Assembly (NCBI GenBank): GCA_963734495.1
Contig: CAVTHK010000009.1
Coordinates: 192,001-256,000 of the forward strand
Length of the DNA: 64,000 nucleotides
From: an uncultured Spirochaetota bacterium
Lineage (GTDB): Bacteria > Spirochaetota > Spirochaetia > SZUA-6 > CAVTHK01
Reading direction: 5' to 3'
The position numbers and the translations under genes were made by a program. The stretch's first letter is position 1; every line of letters starts with the position of its first letter. The notes below the pieces were generated by a model, which saw nothing but the letters and a program-made list of their open reading frames with translations, searched no databases and had not been told where the DNA came from. Below are positions 43,489 through 53,767 of this stretch, in pieces.

Positions 43489-43547
43489 GCGCCGACGATC
43501 GCCGGCTTCTGTCGACCTGCCGGAGCCCCCGCGGGCTCCGGCCGTCA

Positions 43548-43577
43548 TTGACTTTCAGGCGGCCTTTCTCCTACTAT
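43548..43577 (+). promoter_or_regulatory. Putative sigma70 promoter of the pcm-like operon
   Basis: TTGACT-N18-TACTAT, preceded by hairpin gccggagccc/gggctccggc (43519-43542). Confidence 0.55.
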
Positions 43578-43648
43578 CGCGAGCATGGCTTCGTGCCGCC
43601 GGCGCCGCCGGCGCCGGACGGGACGGAGCCTTGCCCAAGGAGGAAGCC

Positions 43649-44665
43649 TTGTCGACCGACACTTCGAGCTCAAAGCAGCGCAACTCGCCGCGGGTCGCGA
43701 CCATCGCCGCTGCCTCTGTGCTCGTCCTTGGGGTCGTGCTGCTCGCGATCTACTTCCTGGGGACCGGGCGCCCGGCGGCAGCCCGGCCGCAGGACCCGCC
43801 CGGCGCTGCGGCGGCGGCCGCGGCGGCTGCGGCGCAGCCGGCCGCCCCTCCGGCCGATGCGCCGGTCTACGACATACGCCAGCGCACGATCGCCCCTCCG
43901 ACCGACAGCTACGACGCCTACCTCGCCTGGATGCTGACCAACACCGACCAGAGCGAGTCGTTCTTGAGGTCGAAATGGCAGCGGGCCCAGAGCCTGCTTA
44001 CCTGGTCCAAGTACCCCGACATCACGCACAAGAAGGTGCTCGAGGCGTTCCTGCGCACACCCCGCGAGTACTTCTGCCGGTCCTACAACCGCGACCGCGC
44101 CTACGCCAACGCGGCCATGCCGATCGGTTTCGGGCAGACCATCTCCGGGCCTCACATGGTGTCGCGGATGACCAATTCGATCAACCCCGGGCCCGAGGAC
44201 AAGGTCCTCGAGATCGGCACGGGCAGCGGCTACCAGTCGGCCGTGCTCGCCGAGCTGACCAACAAGGTCTACACGATCGAGATCGTCGAGCAGCTCGCCG
44301 GCGAAACCGACCAGATCTACACGGATCTCGCCGCGCACTATCCGGAGTACCGCAACATCAAGCGCAAGGCCGACGACGGGTACTACGGCTGGGAGGAGTA
44401 CGCGCCCTTCGACCGCATCATCGTGACGGCGGGGATCGACCACATCCCGCCGCCCCTGCTGCAGCAGCTCGCGCCGAACGGAATCATGGTCATCCCCATC
44501 GGTCCGCCCGCCGGCCAGAAGCTGCTCAAGATCACCAAGCGCCTGGCACCGGACGGGACCATCACGCTCGAGCGCGAGGACATCTTTGCCGGAACCGGCG
44601 CTGACACCCACATCTTCGTGCCGTTCACGAAGAAGGGCGGCGGGACGCACACGCAGGGGCAGTAG
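43649..44665 (+). CDS. pcm: Protein-L-isoaspartate O-methyltransferase-like protein with N-terminal membrane anchor
   Basis: PRE.F, AY..AMPIGFGQTISGP.MV, VLEIGTGSGYQSAVL, GWEEYAPFDRIIVTAG, LLQQL..GIMVIPIG; TTG start after AGGAGG. Confidence 0.85.
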   Translation: MSTDTSSSKQRNSPRVATIAAASVLVLGVVLLAIYFLGTGRPAAARPQDPPGAAAAAAAAAAQPAAPPADAPVYDIRQRTIAPPTDSYDAYLAWMLTNTDQSESFLRSKWQRAQSLLTWSKYPDITHKKVLEAFLRTPREYFCRSYNRDRAYANAAMPIGFGQTISGPHMVSRMTNSINPGPEDKVLEIGTGSGYQSAVLAELTNKVYTIEIVEQLAGETDQIYTDLAAHYPEYRNIKRKADDGYYGWEEYAPFDRIIVTAGIDHIPPPLLQQLAPNGIMVIPIGPPAGQKLLKITKRLAPDGTITLEREDIFAGTGADTHIFVPFTKKGGGTHTQGQ

Positions 44666-44679
44666 GCCCCGAGGAAAAC

Positions 44680-47271
44680 ATGGGCCCCCTCACCGAAGGG
44701 CGCACCGCGGGCCTGCGCTTCGCGGCGCTCTTTCTCCTTTCCGCGGCGTTGATCGGCTACGAGCTGGCCGTGATGCGCGTCTTCTCCGTCGGCAGCTGGT
44801 CGAACTTCGGCGCGATGGTCATCAGCATCGCGCTGCTCGGCTTCGGCCTGGCTGGCACCCTGCTCACGTTTATCCAGAAGTCGATCCGCAGCGCGCCCGA
44901 CCGCTGGCTGGCGGCGCTCGCGCTGGCGTTCATGCCCGCCATGGCCCTCGCCCACATGGCCGCGCAGGCCGTGCCGTTCAACCCGGTCATGATCGTCTCG
45001 GACCGGCGGCAGCTCCTCTGGATAGGCGCATACTACGTCATCTACGGAGTGCCCTTCTTTATCGGCGCCCTGTTCATCAACGCGAGCTTCGTCGTGCTCT
45101 CGAGCCGCGTGCACAGCCTCTACTTCTGGAACATGGCCGGGAGCGGCGTCGGGGGGCTCTTTATCCTGCTGTTCATGTACCTGCTGCCTCCCGACCAGCT
45201 CGCGATCCCCCTGATCGCGCTGTCCGGGGTGACGGCCGCCCTGTGCCTCATCGAGGAGGAAGGGGGCAGGCTGCGCCTGAGAGCCGAGCGCCTGATGGCG
45301 ACGGGGGGCACGCTCCTCGTTTCGGCGGCTCTCGTGCTCATGTTCGGGAAGATCTCGGTGTCGGAGTTCAAGGGCATCAGCTATGCCCGCAACTTCGCCG
45401 ACGCCACGCTGCACTATCACTCCTACAGCCCGCTCGGCGAGATGCACGTCTACGGCAGCTCTGCGTTCCACTTCGCTCCCGGGCTGAGCGACAACGCGGC
45501 ACTCAACCTGGCGACTATGCCCAGGAACGCCTACCGCGGCCTCTACATCGACGGCGGCGGCCCGATCGGCATCATGCGGCGCCTGCAGCCGTCGGAGCAG
45601 CGCTACATGGACTACCTGCCGATGTCGGCGCCTTACCTGGTGCTGGACCGGCCGCGGGTGCTGCTGGTGGGCCTCGGCGGCGGGATCGGCGCGTTCACCG
45701 CGCTCTACCACGGCGCCTCGCTCGTGCAGGTCGTCGAGCCGAACCCCGACCTGATTCACCTGCTCCGCGACGTTCCCGAGTTCCGCCGCTACACGGGCGA
45801 CCTGCTGCGCGATCCCCGCGTCAGGATCGCCGCGGCCGAGCCCCGCGCGTTCACCTCGCGGACCCGCGGCACGTACGACCTCGTCGAGATCAGCCTGATC
45901 GACTCCGTGGGCCTCTCGCAGGCCGGAGGCTATTCCGTAGACCCGAACTACACCTACACGGTCGAGGCGATCGAGGACTACATGAAGAGCCTCGACCGCA
46001 CCGGCGTCCTCTCGGTCACCGTGTGGAACAAGCTCAATCCGCCGCGCAACGTCCCCAAGCTCATCACCACCGTCGTCGAGTCCCTGCGCGAGCAGGGGGT
46101 CGAGAATCCGGGGCGCCGCGTCTTTGCCTTTCACCTGCTGCTGTCAACGGCGACCGTTCTCGTGAAGAACAGCGATTTCACCGACGCCGAGGTGGCGAAG
46201 CTGCGCGAGTTCTGCAGACGACTCTCGTTCCAGGTGATCGCGTACCCGGGGATGCCCGCGCCCGAGGGCAGCTTCCAGGCGATGCTGCGGGCCTACTGGG
46301 ACCTGTTCGCGCTGCCGCCTCAGACCCAGGACGCGGGCGACGCCCCCGCGCCGGTGCCGCAGGCATCCGACTCCGCGTCCCCCGTGCCGGACTCCGGCGA
46401 CTTCTACCGCGCCATGACGCGCTGGCTCCTCGACGGCCGCGCCCGGGATCTCTACACGGGCTACCTGTTCAACATCCTCCCGGCCACCGACCTGCGGCCG
46501 TTCTACACCGCGTACATCAAGCCGAGCACGATCCCGATGTTCCTCGATCAGCTCGGCAACGTCTCGGAGGAGTGGGGCTACCTGCTGCTGCTCGGGACCC
46601 TGCTGCAGTCGATCCTGTTCGGGCTGCTGATCGTGCTCGTTCCGCTGGCCGGCCGTTGGCGCGAGCTGTTCGCAGGGTACCGCGGGACCGCCGGAATCAT
46701 CGTCTACTACGCGTGCCTCGGCCTCGCCTACATGCTCGTCGAGATCTTCCTGATCCAGAAGCTGTCGTTCTTCGTCGCCGACCCGATCTTCGCGGTCTCG
46801 ATCGTGATCACGAGCATGCTGATCATCTCCGGCATCGGCAGCCTCTCGAGCGGGCGCCTCGCCCGGCTGTTCCGCGGCGCCGGCGGGACGCCGCAGTTCG
46901 CGGTGCGGGTCGCCGTCGCCGGCATCGCCGTCTCGCTGCTCTTCTACATCTTCGGGCTCTCGCCGTTGATCCGCGCCGCGCTCGGGCTGCCGTTCCTGGT
47001 GAGGGCGCTGATCGCGGTCGTGGTCGTGGCGCCGGCGGCCTTTTTCATGGGCATGCCGTTCCCGACCGGCCTCTCGTCGCTGGAAAAGAGCCACGAGCGG
47101 CTCATCCCCTGGGCCATGGGCATGAACGGGGCCCTCTCGGTGACCGGCAGCGTGACCGCCAAGCTGGTGTCGATCGAGTGGGGCTTCCCGGCGGTCCTCG
47201 CCCTCGCGGTTGCGCTGTATCTTGTCGTAGGGCTGGTGTTCCCGGCCAACCTGGCCGCGGAGCGGCGGTAG
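44680..47271 (+). CDS. Polytopic membrane protein with central spermidine-synthase-like SAM-binding domain
   Basis: About 7 TM helices, then a soluble domain (VLLVGLGGG, VVEPNP, YDLVEI, YTVEA), then about 7 TM helices (LGLAYMLVEI, MGMPFP, WAMGMNGALSV). Confidence 0.8.
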   Translation: MGPLTEGRTAGLRFAALFLLSAALIGYELAVMRVFSVGSWSNFGAMVISIALLGFGLAGTLLTFIQKSIRSAPDRWLAALALAFMPAMALAHMAAQAVPFNPVMIVSDRRQLLWIGAYYVIYGVPFFIGALFINASFVVLSSRVHSLYFWNMAGSGVGGLFILLFMYLLPPDQLAIPLIALSGVTAALCLIEEEGGRLRLRAERLMATGGTLLVSAALVLMFGKISVSEFKGISYARNFADATLHYHSYSPLGEMHVYGSSAFHFAPGLSDNAALNLATMPRNAYRGLYIDGGGPIGIMRRLQPSEQRYMDYLPMSAPYLVLDRPRVLLVGLGGGIGAFTALYHGASLVQVVEPNPDLIHLLRDVPEFRRYTGDLLRDPRVRIAAAEPRAFTSRTRGTYDLVEISLIDSVGLSQAGGYSVDPNYTYTVEAIEDYMKSLDRTGVLSVTVWNKLNPPRNVPKLITTVVESLREQGVENPGRRVFAFHLLLSTATVLVKNSDFTDAEVAKLREFCRRLSFQVIAYPGMPAPEGSFQAMLRAYWDLFALPPQTQDAGDAPAPVPQASDSASPVPDSGDFYRAMTRWLLDGRARDLYTGYLFNILPATDLRPFYTAYIKPSTIPMFLDQLGNVSEEWGYLLLLGTLLQSILFGLLIVLVPLAGRWRELFAGYRGTAGIIVYYACLGLAYMLVEIFLIQKLSFFVADPIFAVSIVITSMLIISGIGSLSSGRLARLFRGAGGTPQFAVRVAVAGIAVSLLFYIFGLSPLIRAALGLPFLVRALIAVVVVAPAAFFMGMPFPTGLSSLEKSHERLIPWAMGMNGALSVTGSVTAKLVSIEWGFPAVLALAVALYLVVGLVFPANLAAERR

Positions 47272-47323
47272 CCCGGGCGCGGTCCGCCGCGCCGCAGGCC
47301 GACGCAGGGGAGGGGTTCGAGCC

Positions 47324-48277
47324 GTGGACAAGGTGGCCGCCTGGGCGCGCGGGGTGCGCGCCTCCGTAGAGAGGGTATTCTACGGCAAGAGCGAAGTCAT
47401 CGACCGGCTCCTGGTCACCCTTCTCTGCCGTGGCCACGCGCTGATCGAGGACGTCCCGGGCGTCGGCAAGACGATCCTGTCGCGCGCGCTGGCGCGCAGC
47501 CTCGGCGGCGAGTTCAAGCGCATCCAGTGCACGCCCGACTTGCTGCCGGCCGACGTGCTCGGCGTCTCCGTCTACAGCCCGAAGACCGGCGAGTTCCAGT
47601 TCAAGCAGGGCCCGATCCTCACCAACATCCTCCTGGTCGACGAGGTCAACCGCGCGACGCCGAGGACGCAGTCGGCGCTGCTCGAGGCGATGGGCGAGGG
47701 CCAGATCAGCATGGACGGCAGGGTGATCCCGCTGCCGGAGCCCTTCTTCATGATGGCGACCGAGAACCCGGTCGAGTTCGAGGGGACGTTCCCGCTGCCG
47801 GAGGCGCAGAAGGATCGCTTCTTGATGACGGTGCAGGTGGGCTACCCTCCCCGCGACGCGGAGCTCATGATGCTGGAGAGCCAGCGTCGTCTCACGCACC
47901 CCGTCGTGGACCTGGAGCCGATGACCGACCTCGGCACCGTGCGGGAGATGCAGGAGGCGATCCTGCAGGTCCACGTGGCGCCGTCGCTGCAGGGCTACCT
48001 GCTCGACCTGGTCGACGAGACGCGCCGCGACCCGCGTCTCGCGCTGGGGGTCTCGCCGCGCGGCTCCCTCGCGCTGTTCCGGGGATCGCAGGCGCTCGCG
48101 GCCCTCGACGGCCGCGCGTACGTCGTGCCCGAGGACATCAAGTCCCTCGCGCTCCCCGTGCTCAAGAAGCGGATGATCCTCAAGCCCGAGCAGGTGATGC
48201 GCGGGGTGGACGAGGTGCAGGTCATCCGCGACGTGCTCGATCGGGTCGAGGTGCCCGTGTTCAAGGCAGAGGAGTGA
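47324..48277 (+). CDS. MoxR family AAA+ ATPase
   Basis: EDVPGVGKT, RIQCTPDLLPAD, DEVNRATPRTQSALLEAM, ATENP, FPLPEAQ.DRF, SPR. Confidence 0.95.
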   Translation: MDKVAAWARGVRASVERVFYGKSEVIDRLLVTLLCRGHALIEDVPGVGKTILSRALARSLGGEFKRIQCTPDLLPADVLGVSVYSPKTGEFQFKQGPILTNILLVDEVNRATPRTQSALLEAMGEGQISMDGRVIPLPEPFFMMATENPVEFEGTFPLPEAQKDRFLMTVQVGYPPRDAELMMLESQRRLTHPVVDLEPMTDLGTVREMQEAILQVHVAPSLQGYLLDLVDETRRDPRLALGVSPRGSLALFRGSQALAALDGRAYVVPEDIKSLALPVLKKRMILKPEQVMRGVDEVQVIRDVLDRVEVPVFKAEE

Positions 48278-49431
48278 AAGCCGCTCTTCTCGTCGCGCTC
48301 GCGTTCGTCGCCCTGTTCTTCCCCGCCTGGGGGCTGCAGGCGGCGTCGATCTTCGTGTTCTGCGTGGTGCTGCTCGCCTGGGCCTACGCGCGGCTCACGC
48401 GCCGCTTCCTGACCGCCTGGCGCAAGGACCCGGTCCTGCGGGGCCACAGGCAGCAGGTGATGGCGGTGCGCCTCGCGTTCCAGAACCGGGGACCGCTGCC
48501 GGTGCATTTCTTCTTCGCGCGCGACGCCGACGCCGGGCTCGCGATCGACAAGCGGCCGCAGGTCTTCCAGGGGCTCGGGCCGTGGCAGAAGGCGGACTAC
48601 GAGTACGCCATCGAGAGCATGCGCCGCGGCGAGTTCACCCTCGGCCCGCTGGTGCTGCGGGGAGGCGACCCGCTCGGGTTCTTCCGGTGGGAGAAGCGCA
48701 TCGCCGGAACGCAGCGGGTGATCGTGTACCCGCGCGTGCTGCGCGTCGAGGTGCCGGCGGACCGCGGCCTGCCCGCGGGCAACATCCACACGCCCGACCG
48801 GACCTACGAGGACGTGACCCGCTACCGCTCGCTCCGCGAGTACGTGCCCGGCGACGACATGCGCCGCATCGCGTGGAAGGCCTCCGCGCGCCTCGGGAGC
48901 CTTCACACGGTCGAGTATCTCTCCACGCTGTCGTTCCCGACGCTGATCCTCCTGGACCTCTCCATCGAGGACTACCCGGAGCGCGGCCGCTACTCGATGA
49001 TGGAGCGGGCCATCGAGGTCGCCGCCTCTCTCGTCGGTCACCTCGCGTCGCTGTCGCAGGATGTCGGGCTGGTCTCCAGCGGCCACCTGGAAGATCCGGG
49101 CCGCGCCGTCGTCGTCCCGATCAAGGCCGGGGCGGCCCAGGCCGTGGTGCAGCTGGAAGCCCTCGCGAGGATCGCCCCCTCGGCCGGCGAGGCCGACTTT
49201 GCCGGCATGGTGCTCGGCCGCAACCTCAGGCTGCCCGCCGGGGGGCGGCTCTGCGTCGTCGCCCCGGCGCTCAAGCCGGCGCAGGGGGCCTTTGTCGCGG
49301 CGGCCCGGGCTCGCGGCCAGAACGTGGAGCTGTACCTGCTCGGCGCGGGCGCCGGGGCGCTGCGCCTGCCCCGCGGCGTGAGGGGCTGGCGGGTGCGGGA
49401 CTACGGGGAGGACCTCCTTGAGCGCGCCTGA
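48274..49431 (+). CDS. DUF58 domain protein
   Basis: N-terminal TM helices; RRGEFTLGP, DPLG, VYP, LREYVPGDDMRRIAWKASAR. Confidence 0.9.
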   Translation: MKAALLVALAFVALFFPAWGLQAASIFVFCVVLLAWAYARLTRRFLTAWRKDPVLRGHRQQVMAVRLAFQNRGPLPVHFFFARDADAGLAIDKRPQVFQGLGPWQKADYEYAIESMRRGEFTLGPLVLRGGDPLGFFRWEKRIAGTQRVIVYPRVLRVEVPADRGLPAGNIHTPDRTYEDVTRYRSLREYVPGDDMRRIAWKASARLGSLHTVEYLSTLSFPTLILLDLSIEDYPERGRYSMMERAIEVAASLVGHLASLSQDVGLVSSGHLEDPGRAVVVPIKAGAAQAVVQLEALARIAPSAGEADFAGMVLGRNLRLPAGGRLCVVAPALKPAQGAFVAAARARGQNVELYLLGAGAGALRLPRGVRGWRVRDYGEDLLERA

Positions 49432-50955
49432 GCGCAGCGGCCGCCTCGCGTACCTGCGCAACGTGCTGCACCCGGCCCTCGCGATCTCCGTGCCGCTGCT
49501 CTTTCTGGTGCTCGCGACCGAGCTCGCGCGGTCGGTGCTCCGCATCCCGCTGTCGCCCTTCGCCTACCTGTTCCTGCTTCTGGCGGGGATCGAGGAGGTG
49601 GTGGCGGGCAACATCCTCCTCGAAGAGAGGGTGGGGTCGTTCGAGCGGGTCCGCGAGCCCGTCTATCTCCTCGCCGCCGTGGGGCTCGTGCTGCTCCTGT
49701 TCGAGCGGGGGCCCCTCGCCGCCAGGCCGCGCGGGCTCCTCAGGCCGGAGATCATCTACCTCGGCCTGCTCGTGCTGCTCGAATGGCTGATCTGCTGGCG
49801 CATTCACCAGGGGCTCCGCGAGCGCGAGCTGCTGGAGGCGAGCTTCGAAGGCAAGGACGGGCCCGCTCTCCAGATCGCCATCCGCGACAACGCGGAGCTC
49901 GCCCGGATCGCCATCGGGGCGATCCCGCGGGTCAAGGGCATGATCGTTCTGTTCCAGGTCGCCGCGTTCGCCGCGGTGATCGCGCTGTTCGCGGCGGGCG
50001 TGCGCGTCCCGTGGCCGGCGACGCTGCTCTTTGTCGTCCACGCGCTGGCCGGCGTCGCCGCGTCGGCCCTGCTGAACAACGCCGCGGAGGACCAGCTCCT
50101 GTCCGCCGAAGGGGTCACCCTCTCGCCGTTCTACCGCCGCAGGCGCCAGATCTACGTGATCGCGATCTTCTGCGCGAGCCTCGCGCTGGTGCTGCTGTAC
50201 GCGAGGCGCACCTCGCTGCTCCCGCTCGCGGCGTTTCAGCCGCTGCTCGACTGGCTCGCCCGGCTGCTCAACCGCAAGCGCGAGATGCCGCCGCTGCGCT
50301 ACCCGATGACGGGCATGGCCCCCCCGGACATCGACCTGCTGCGGCAGCTGCAGGGCGAGGCCGCCGGACCCGGTCCGCTTCGCCCTGCTGATCGCGTTTC
50401 TACTGCGCGTCGTGTGGAACGTCGTCAGGCTCGGCCTGGTTCGTCCTGCTGGCCTACTTCCTGATCGCGCCCCTGGTTTCGCGCGGCTTCCGCCGGCGCC
50501 TCCGCAGTCTGAGGCCCCTCCACTTCGCGGGCGAGCAGCTGCTGCGCTTTGCCCGCGCGCTGCGCCAGATGCTGGACGACGTCCTCGCCTGGCTGCGCAG
50601 GACCCCGGGCAGCCGCGACCGCAGCGCACGACGCCGGCGCGCGGGGCGCTCCTGGCGGGGGCGGCTGCGCGTCCGCGGCCACGGCCTCTTCAAGCTCTGG
50701 GAGATGGGGACGGTGCTCCGGGCCTACGCGCGGTTGATCCGCTGGGGGGAGAGGCAGGGGGTGCCGTTCCGCCTGCCCATCGCGCCGCGCGAGTACCTTG
50801 CGCTGCTGGCGGAGCGCAGGCCCGCGCAGGCGTTCCCGCTGGTCGAGGCGGGCGAGATCCTGGAGGAATCGCTGTATTCCCCCCTGCGCTCGCGCAGGGA
50901 GCGCCTCCAGCGCTACCTCAGGATCGTGAAAGACGTGGTGCGAGCGAAGTCGTGA
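49418..50955 (+). CDS. Polytopic membrane protein with possible DUF4129-like C-terminus; frameshift near 50370-50450
   Basis: Multiple TM helices; C-terminal Y..L..G....APREY...LEESLYS; typical partner of MoxR/DUF58. Confidence 0.6.
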
Positions 50956-51000
50956 CGCGCCCGGGATCGCGGCCCCGGCCTTTCGGCCGGCGCCGGCCGG

Positions 51001-51543
51001 TCACGGATTCTCTTCGAGCTTCTTGAGCTCGTCGCGCAGCTTGGCCGCCTCTTCGTAGTTCTCTTCCTCGACCGCGCGATCCAGCCGGTCCTTGAGGGAC
51101 TGCACTTCCTCATCGCGCGAAGCGCTGCTGGCGACCTCGTTGATGATGTTGACCGAGATGCCGGCCTCGTCGACCACGAGCTCGTCGATGTAGATGGGGC
51201 ACTTGACCCGCACCGCCAGCGCGATGCAGTCGGAAGGTCGGCTGTCGATGCTGACGTCCTTGCCGCCCTGGTTGAGGACGAGCCTTCCATAGAAGGTGCC
51301 GTTCTTGAGCTCCGTGATCTCGATGCGGCTGATCGGCGCATTGATCTGCTTGAGGACCGAGATCAGGAGGTCGTGGGTGAGCGGCCGGGGCATGGTGTGA
51401 TTGGCCAGGCCGATCATGATCGCCTGGGCCTCGGGCTGGCCGATCATGATGGGGACCGCGACCTCGGAGCCGACCGGCCGTATGAGGACCGCGCTCCCCT
51501 GTTCAGCCTTGGCGACCGTCCATACCTCAGCAGGTACCAGCAT
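51001..51543 (-). CDS. Bifunctional nuclease family (DUF151) protein with UVR motif
   Basis: PIMIG..EAQAI, RPLTHDL, FYGRL, DSRPSDCIALA; tail AVEEENYEEAAKLRD. Confidence 0.9.
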   Translation of the reverse strand: MLVPAEVWTVAKAEQGSAVLIRPVGSEVAVPIMIGQPEAQAIMIGLANHTMPRPLTHDLLISVLKQINAPISRIEITELKNGTFYGRLVLNQGGKDVSIDSRPSDCIALAVRVKCPIYIDELVVDEAGISVNIINEVASSASRDEEVQSLKDRLDRAVEEENYEEAAKLRDELKKLEENP

Positions 51544-51636
51544 GAAACGTAACCCTCGCGCGACGCGGCGCCGGACGACCGGGACCCGATTCCCGCCTCA
51601 AGGATAGATAATAGTACCGGAAAGTCAAGTTTCAAA

Positions 51637-51656
51637 GGGCCGGCGCGCGCCGGCCC
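51637..51656 (-). terminator. Probable terminator of the malic enzyme gene
   Basis: Perfect 20-bp palindrome gggccggcgcgcgccggccc followed by TTTG on the minus strand. Confidence 0.55.
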
Positions 51657-51675
51657 GCCTCTCCCCCGCGTCGCC

Positions 51676-52894
51676 TCAAAACCGCCGCCTCACCGCGGCG
51701 TCGAGCTCGTCGCGCGTGAGGCGAAGGCGCGCGACCCCGGTCTCAGTGGCCGCAATTCCCGTAGCCACGGCCACCTGGCGGCCGACTTCGCGCTCCAGCG
51801 GGGAGGGGACGATCTTGCCCGCGGCGATCTCGGCCGTCGTCACGCACCCGGCGATAGCGCCGGCCGCCGCGAGCTTCATCTGTTCGTTGATGTGGGTGGC
51901 GCGCACGTCGAGGGCGCCGCGGAAGATGCCCGGAAAGGCCAGCACGTTGTTGATCTGGTTGGGGAAGTCCGACCGTCCGGTCGCGACCACCCTGGCCCCG
52001 CCCGCGAGCGCCTCTTCGGGCATGATCTCCGGGTCCGGGTTGGCCATCGCGAAGACGATCGCGTCGCGGGCCATGGTGCGGACCATGGCGGCACTGACCA
52101 GGCCGGGGGCCGAGACGCCGAGGAACACGTCGGCCCCTTCGAGGGCCTCCGCCAGGCCGCCGTGCCGCCCGTCGGCCTCGGCACGGCGGGCGATCTCCTG
52201 CTTGTACGTGTTGATCTCGGGGCGGTCCGCCCACACGATCCCTTTCGAGTCGCACAGGATCAGCCTGCGTACTCCCCAGTCCAGGATGATGCGGGAGCAG
52301 GCGATGCCCGCGGCCCCGGCGCCGCTGATGACGACGCGGAGGTCTTCCTTGCGCTTGCCGACGATGCGCACCGCGTTCATGAGCGCGGCCAGCGTCACGA
52401 TCGCGGTCCCGTGCTGATCGTCGTGGAACACGGGGATATCGAGCCTGCGCCGCAGCTCCTCCTCGACGTAGAAGCAGCGCGGGGCCGAGATGTCTTCCAG
52501 GTTGATGCCGCCGAACGACGGGCGCGAGGTGGACCACGGTCTGGATAAAGGCAGCGGGCGCCTGCGTGTCGAGGCAGAGCGGGAACGCCTCGACGCCGCC
52601 GAAGTCGCGGAAGAGCACGCACTTGCCTTCCATGACCGGCAGGCCCGCCTCGGGTCCGATGTTGCCGAGGCCGAGCACGGCGCTCCCGTCGGAGACCACG
52701 GCGACCATGTTTCCCTTCTGCGTGTAGTCGTAGACCAGAACCTTGTTCTTCGCGATCTCGCGGCACGGCTCCGCTACGCCGGGGGTGTAGAGGAGCGAAA
52801 GGTCCCGCGCGGTCTCTATATGGCGCTTGGGCATTGTGAAAAGCTTGCCGCGCAGCTCGCGGTGCAGCGCGAGGGCGTCTTCTTTCAGGCTCAT
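51676..52894 (-). CDS. NAD(P)-dependent malic enzyme; frameshift near 52525
   Basis: YTPGVAEPC, SDGSAVLGLGNIG, PVMEGK, FHDDQHGTA, GAGAAG, ATGRSDFPNQINNVLAFPG. Confidence 0.92.
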
Positions 52895-53030
52895 GGGGGC
52901 ACTATAGCTCAAAAACCGGCACCCGGTGAAGGCGGGCACGCGGGCCCCCCTGCGAGCGCCGCGCGGCGCGGGAGCCGGGTGCGCCCCGATCGCTTGCGGG
53001 AGGGGACTCGCGGGTTTAGAGTCGACGCCG

Positions 53031-53678
53031 ATGCCCTTCACCATCCTCGTGGCGGACGACCACAAGATCTTTCGCGAGGGTCTGCGGGCGCTGATCGAGC
53101 GGCAGGACGGGATGCGGGTCGTCGCCGAGGCCGAAGACGGCCGGCGGGCCGTCCGCCTCGCCGAAGAGCTGGAGCCCGACGTCGTCGTGATGGACATCTC
53201 GATGCCGCAGCTCAACGGGTTCGAGGCCACGCGGCAGATCGTGGAGCGCATCCCCCGCGTCAAGGTGCTGGCCCTCTCGATGCACTCCGAAGAGCCCTAC
53301 GTCGGCGAGATGCTCAGCGCGGGGGCGAGCGGCTACCTTCTCAAGGACTGCGCCTTCGAGGAGCTGGCCGGCGCCATCGACACGGTGATGTCCGGCCGGG
53401 TCTACCTGAGCCCCGACATCGCCGCTCGGGTGGTCGAGGACTACGTGCGCCAGTACGCGGGACCCCGCTCCGCCGCGCCTTCGCGCCTGAGCGGGCGGGA
53501 GCGCGAGGTCGTTCAGCTCCTGGCCGAAGGGAGGGCGATCAAGGAGATCGGCGACCTCCTGCACGTGAGCGCCAAGACGGTCGAGACTCACAAGAACAGG
53601 ATCATGAAGAAGCTCGGCCTCGCGAGCATCGCCGAGCTGACCAAGTGGGCGATCCGCGCCGGCCTGACCACTCTCTGA
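53031..53678 (+). CDS. NarL/LuxR family response regulator
   Basis: ADDH, MDISMP, GYLLK, LSGREREV..LAEG, SAKTVETH. Confidence 0.93.
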   Translation: MPFTILVADDHKIFREGLRALIERQDGMRVVAEAEDGRRAVRLAEELEPDVVVMDISMPQLNGFEATRQIVERIPRVKVLALSMHSEEPYVGEMLSAGASGYLLKDCAFEELAGAIDTVMSGRVYLSPDIAARVVEDYVRQYAGPRSAAPSRLSGREREVVQLLAEGRAIKEIGDLLHVSAKTVETHKNRIMKKLGLASIAELTKWAIRAGLTTL

Positions 53679-53714
53679 CGGCCCCAGACGCTTGCGAACG
53701 CTTGCGCGTGGAAT

Positions 53715-53744
53715 TTGACAACACTCGCGGCGCTTCGTTATGCT
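53715..53744 (+). promoter_or_regulatory. Putative sigma70 promoter for the receiver-domain gene
   Basis: TTGACA-N18-TATGCT. Confidence 0.55.
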
Positions 53745-53767
53745 TGAGTGCAACCTGGGAGGGGAGT

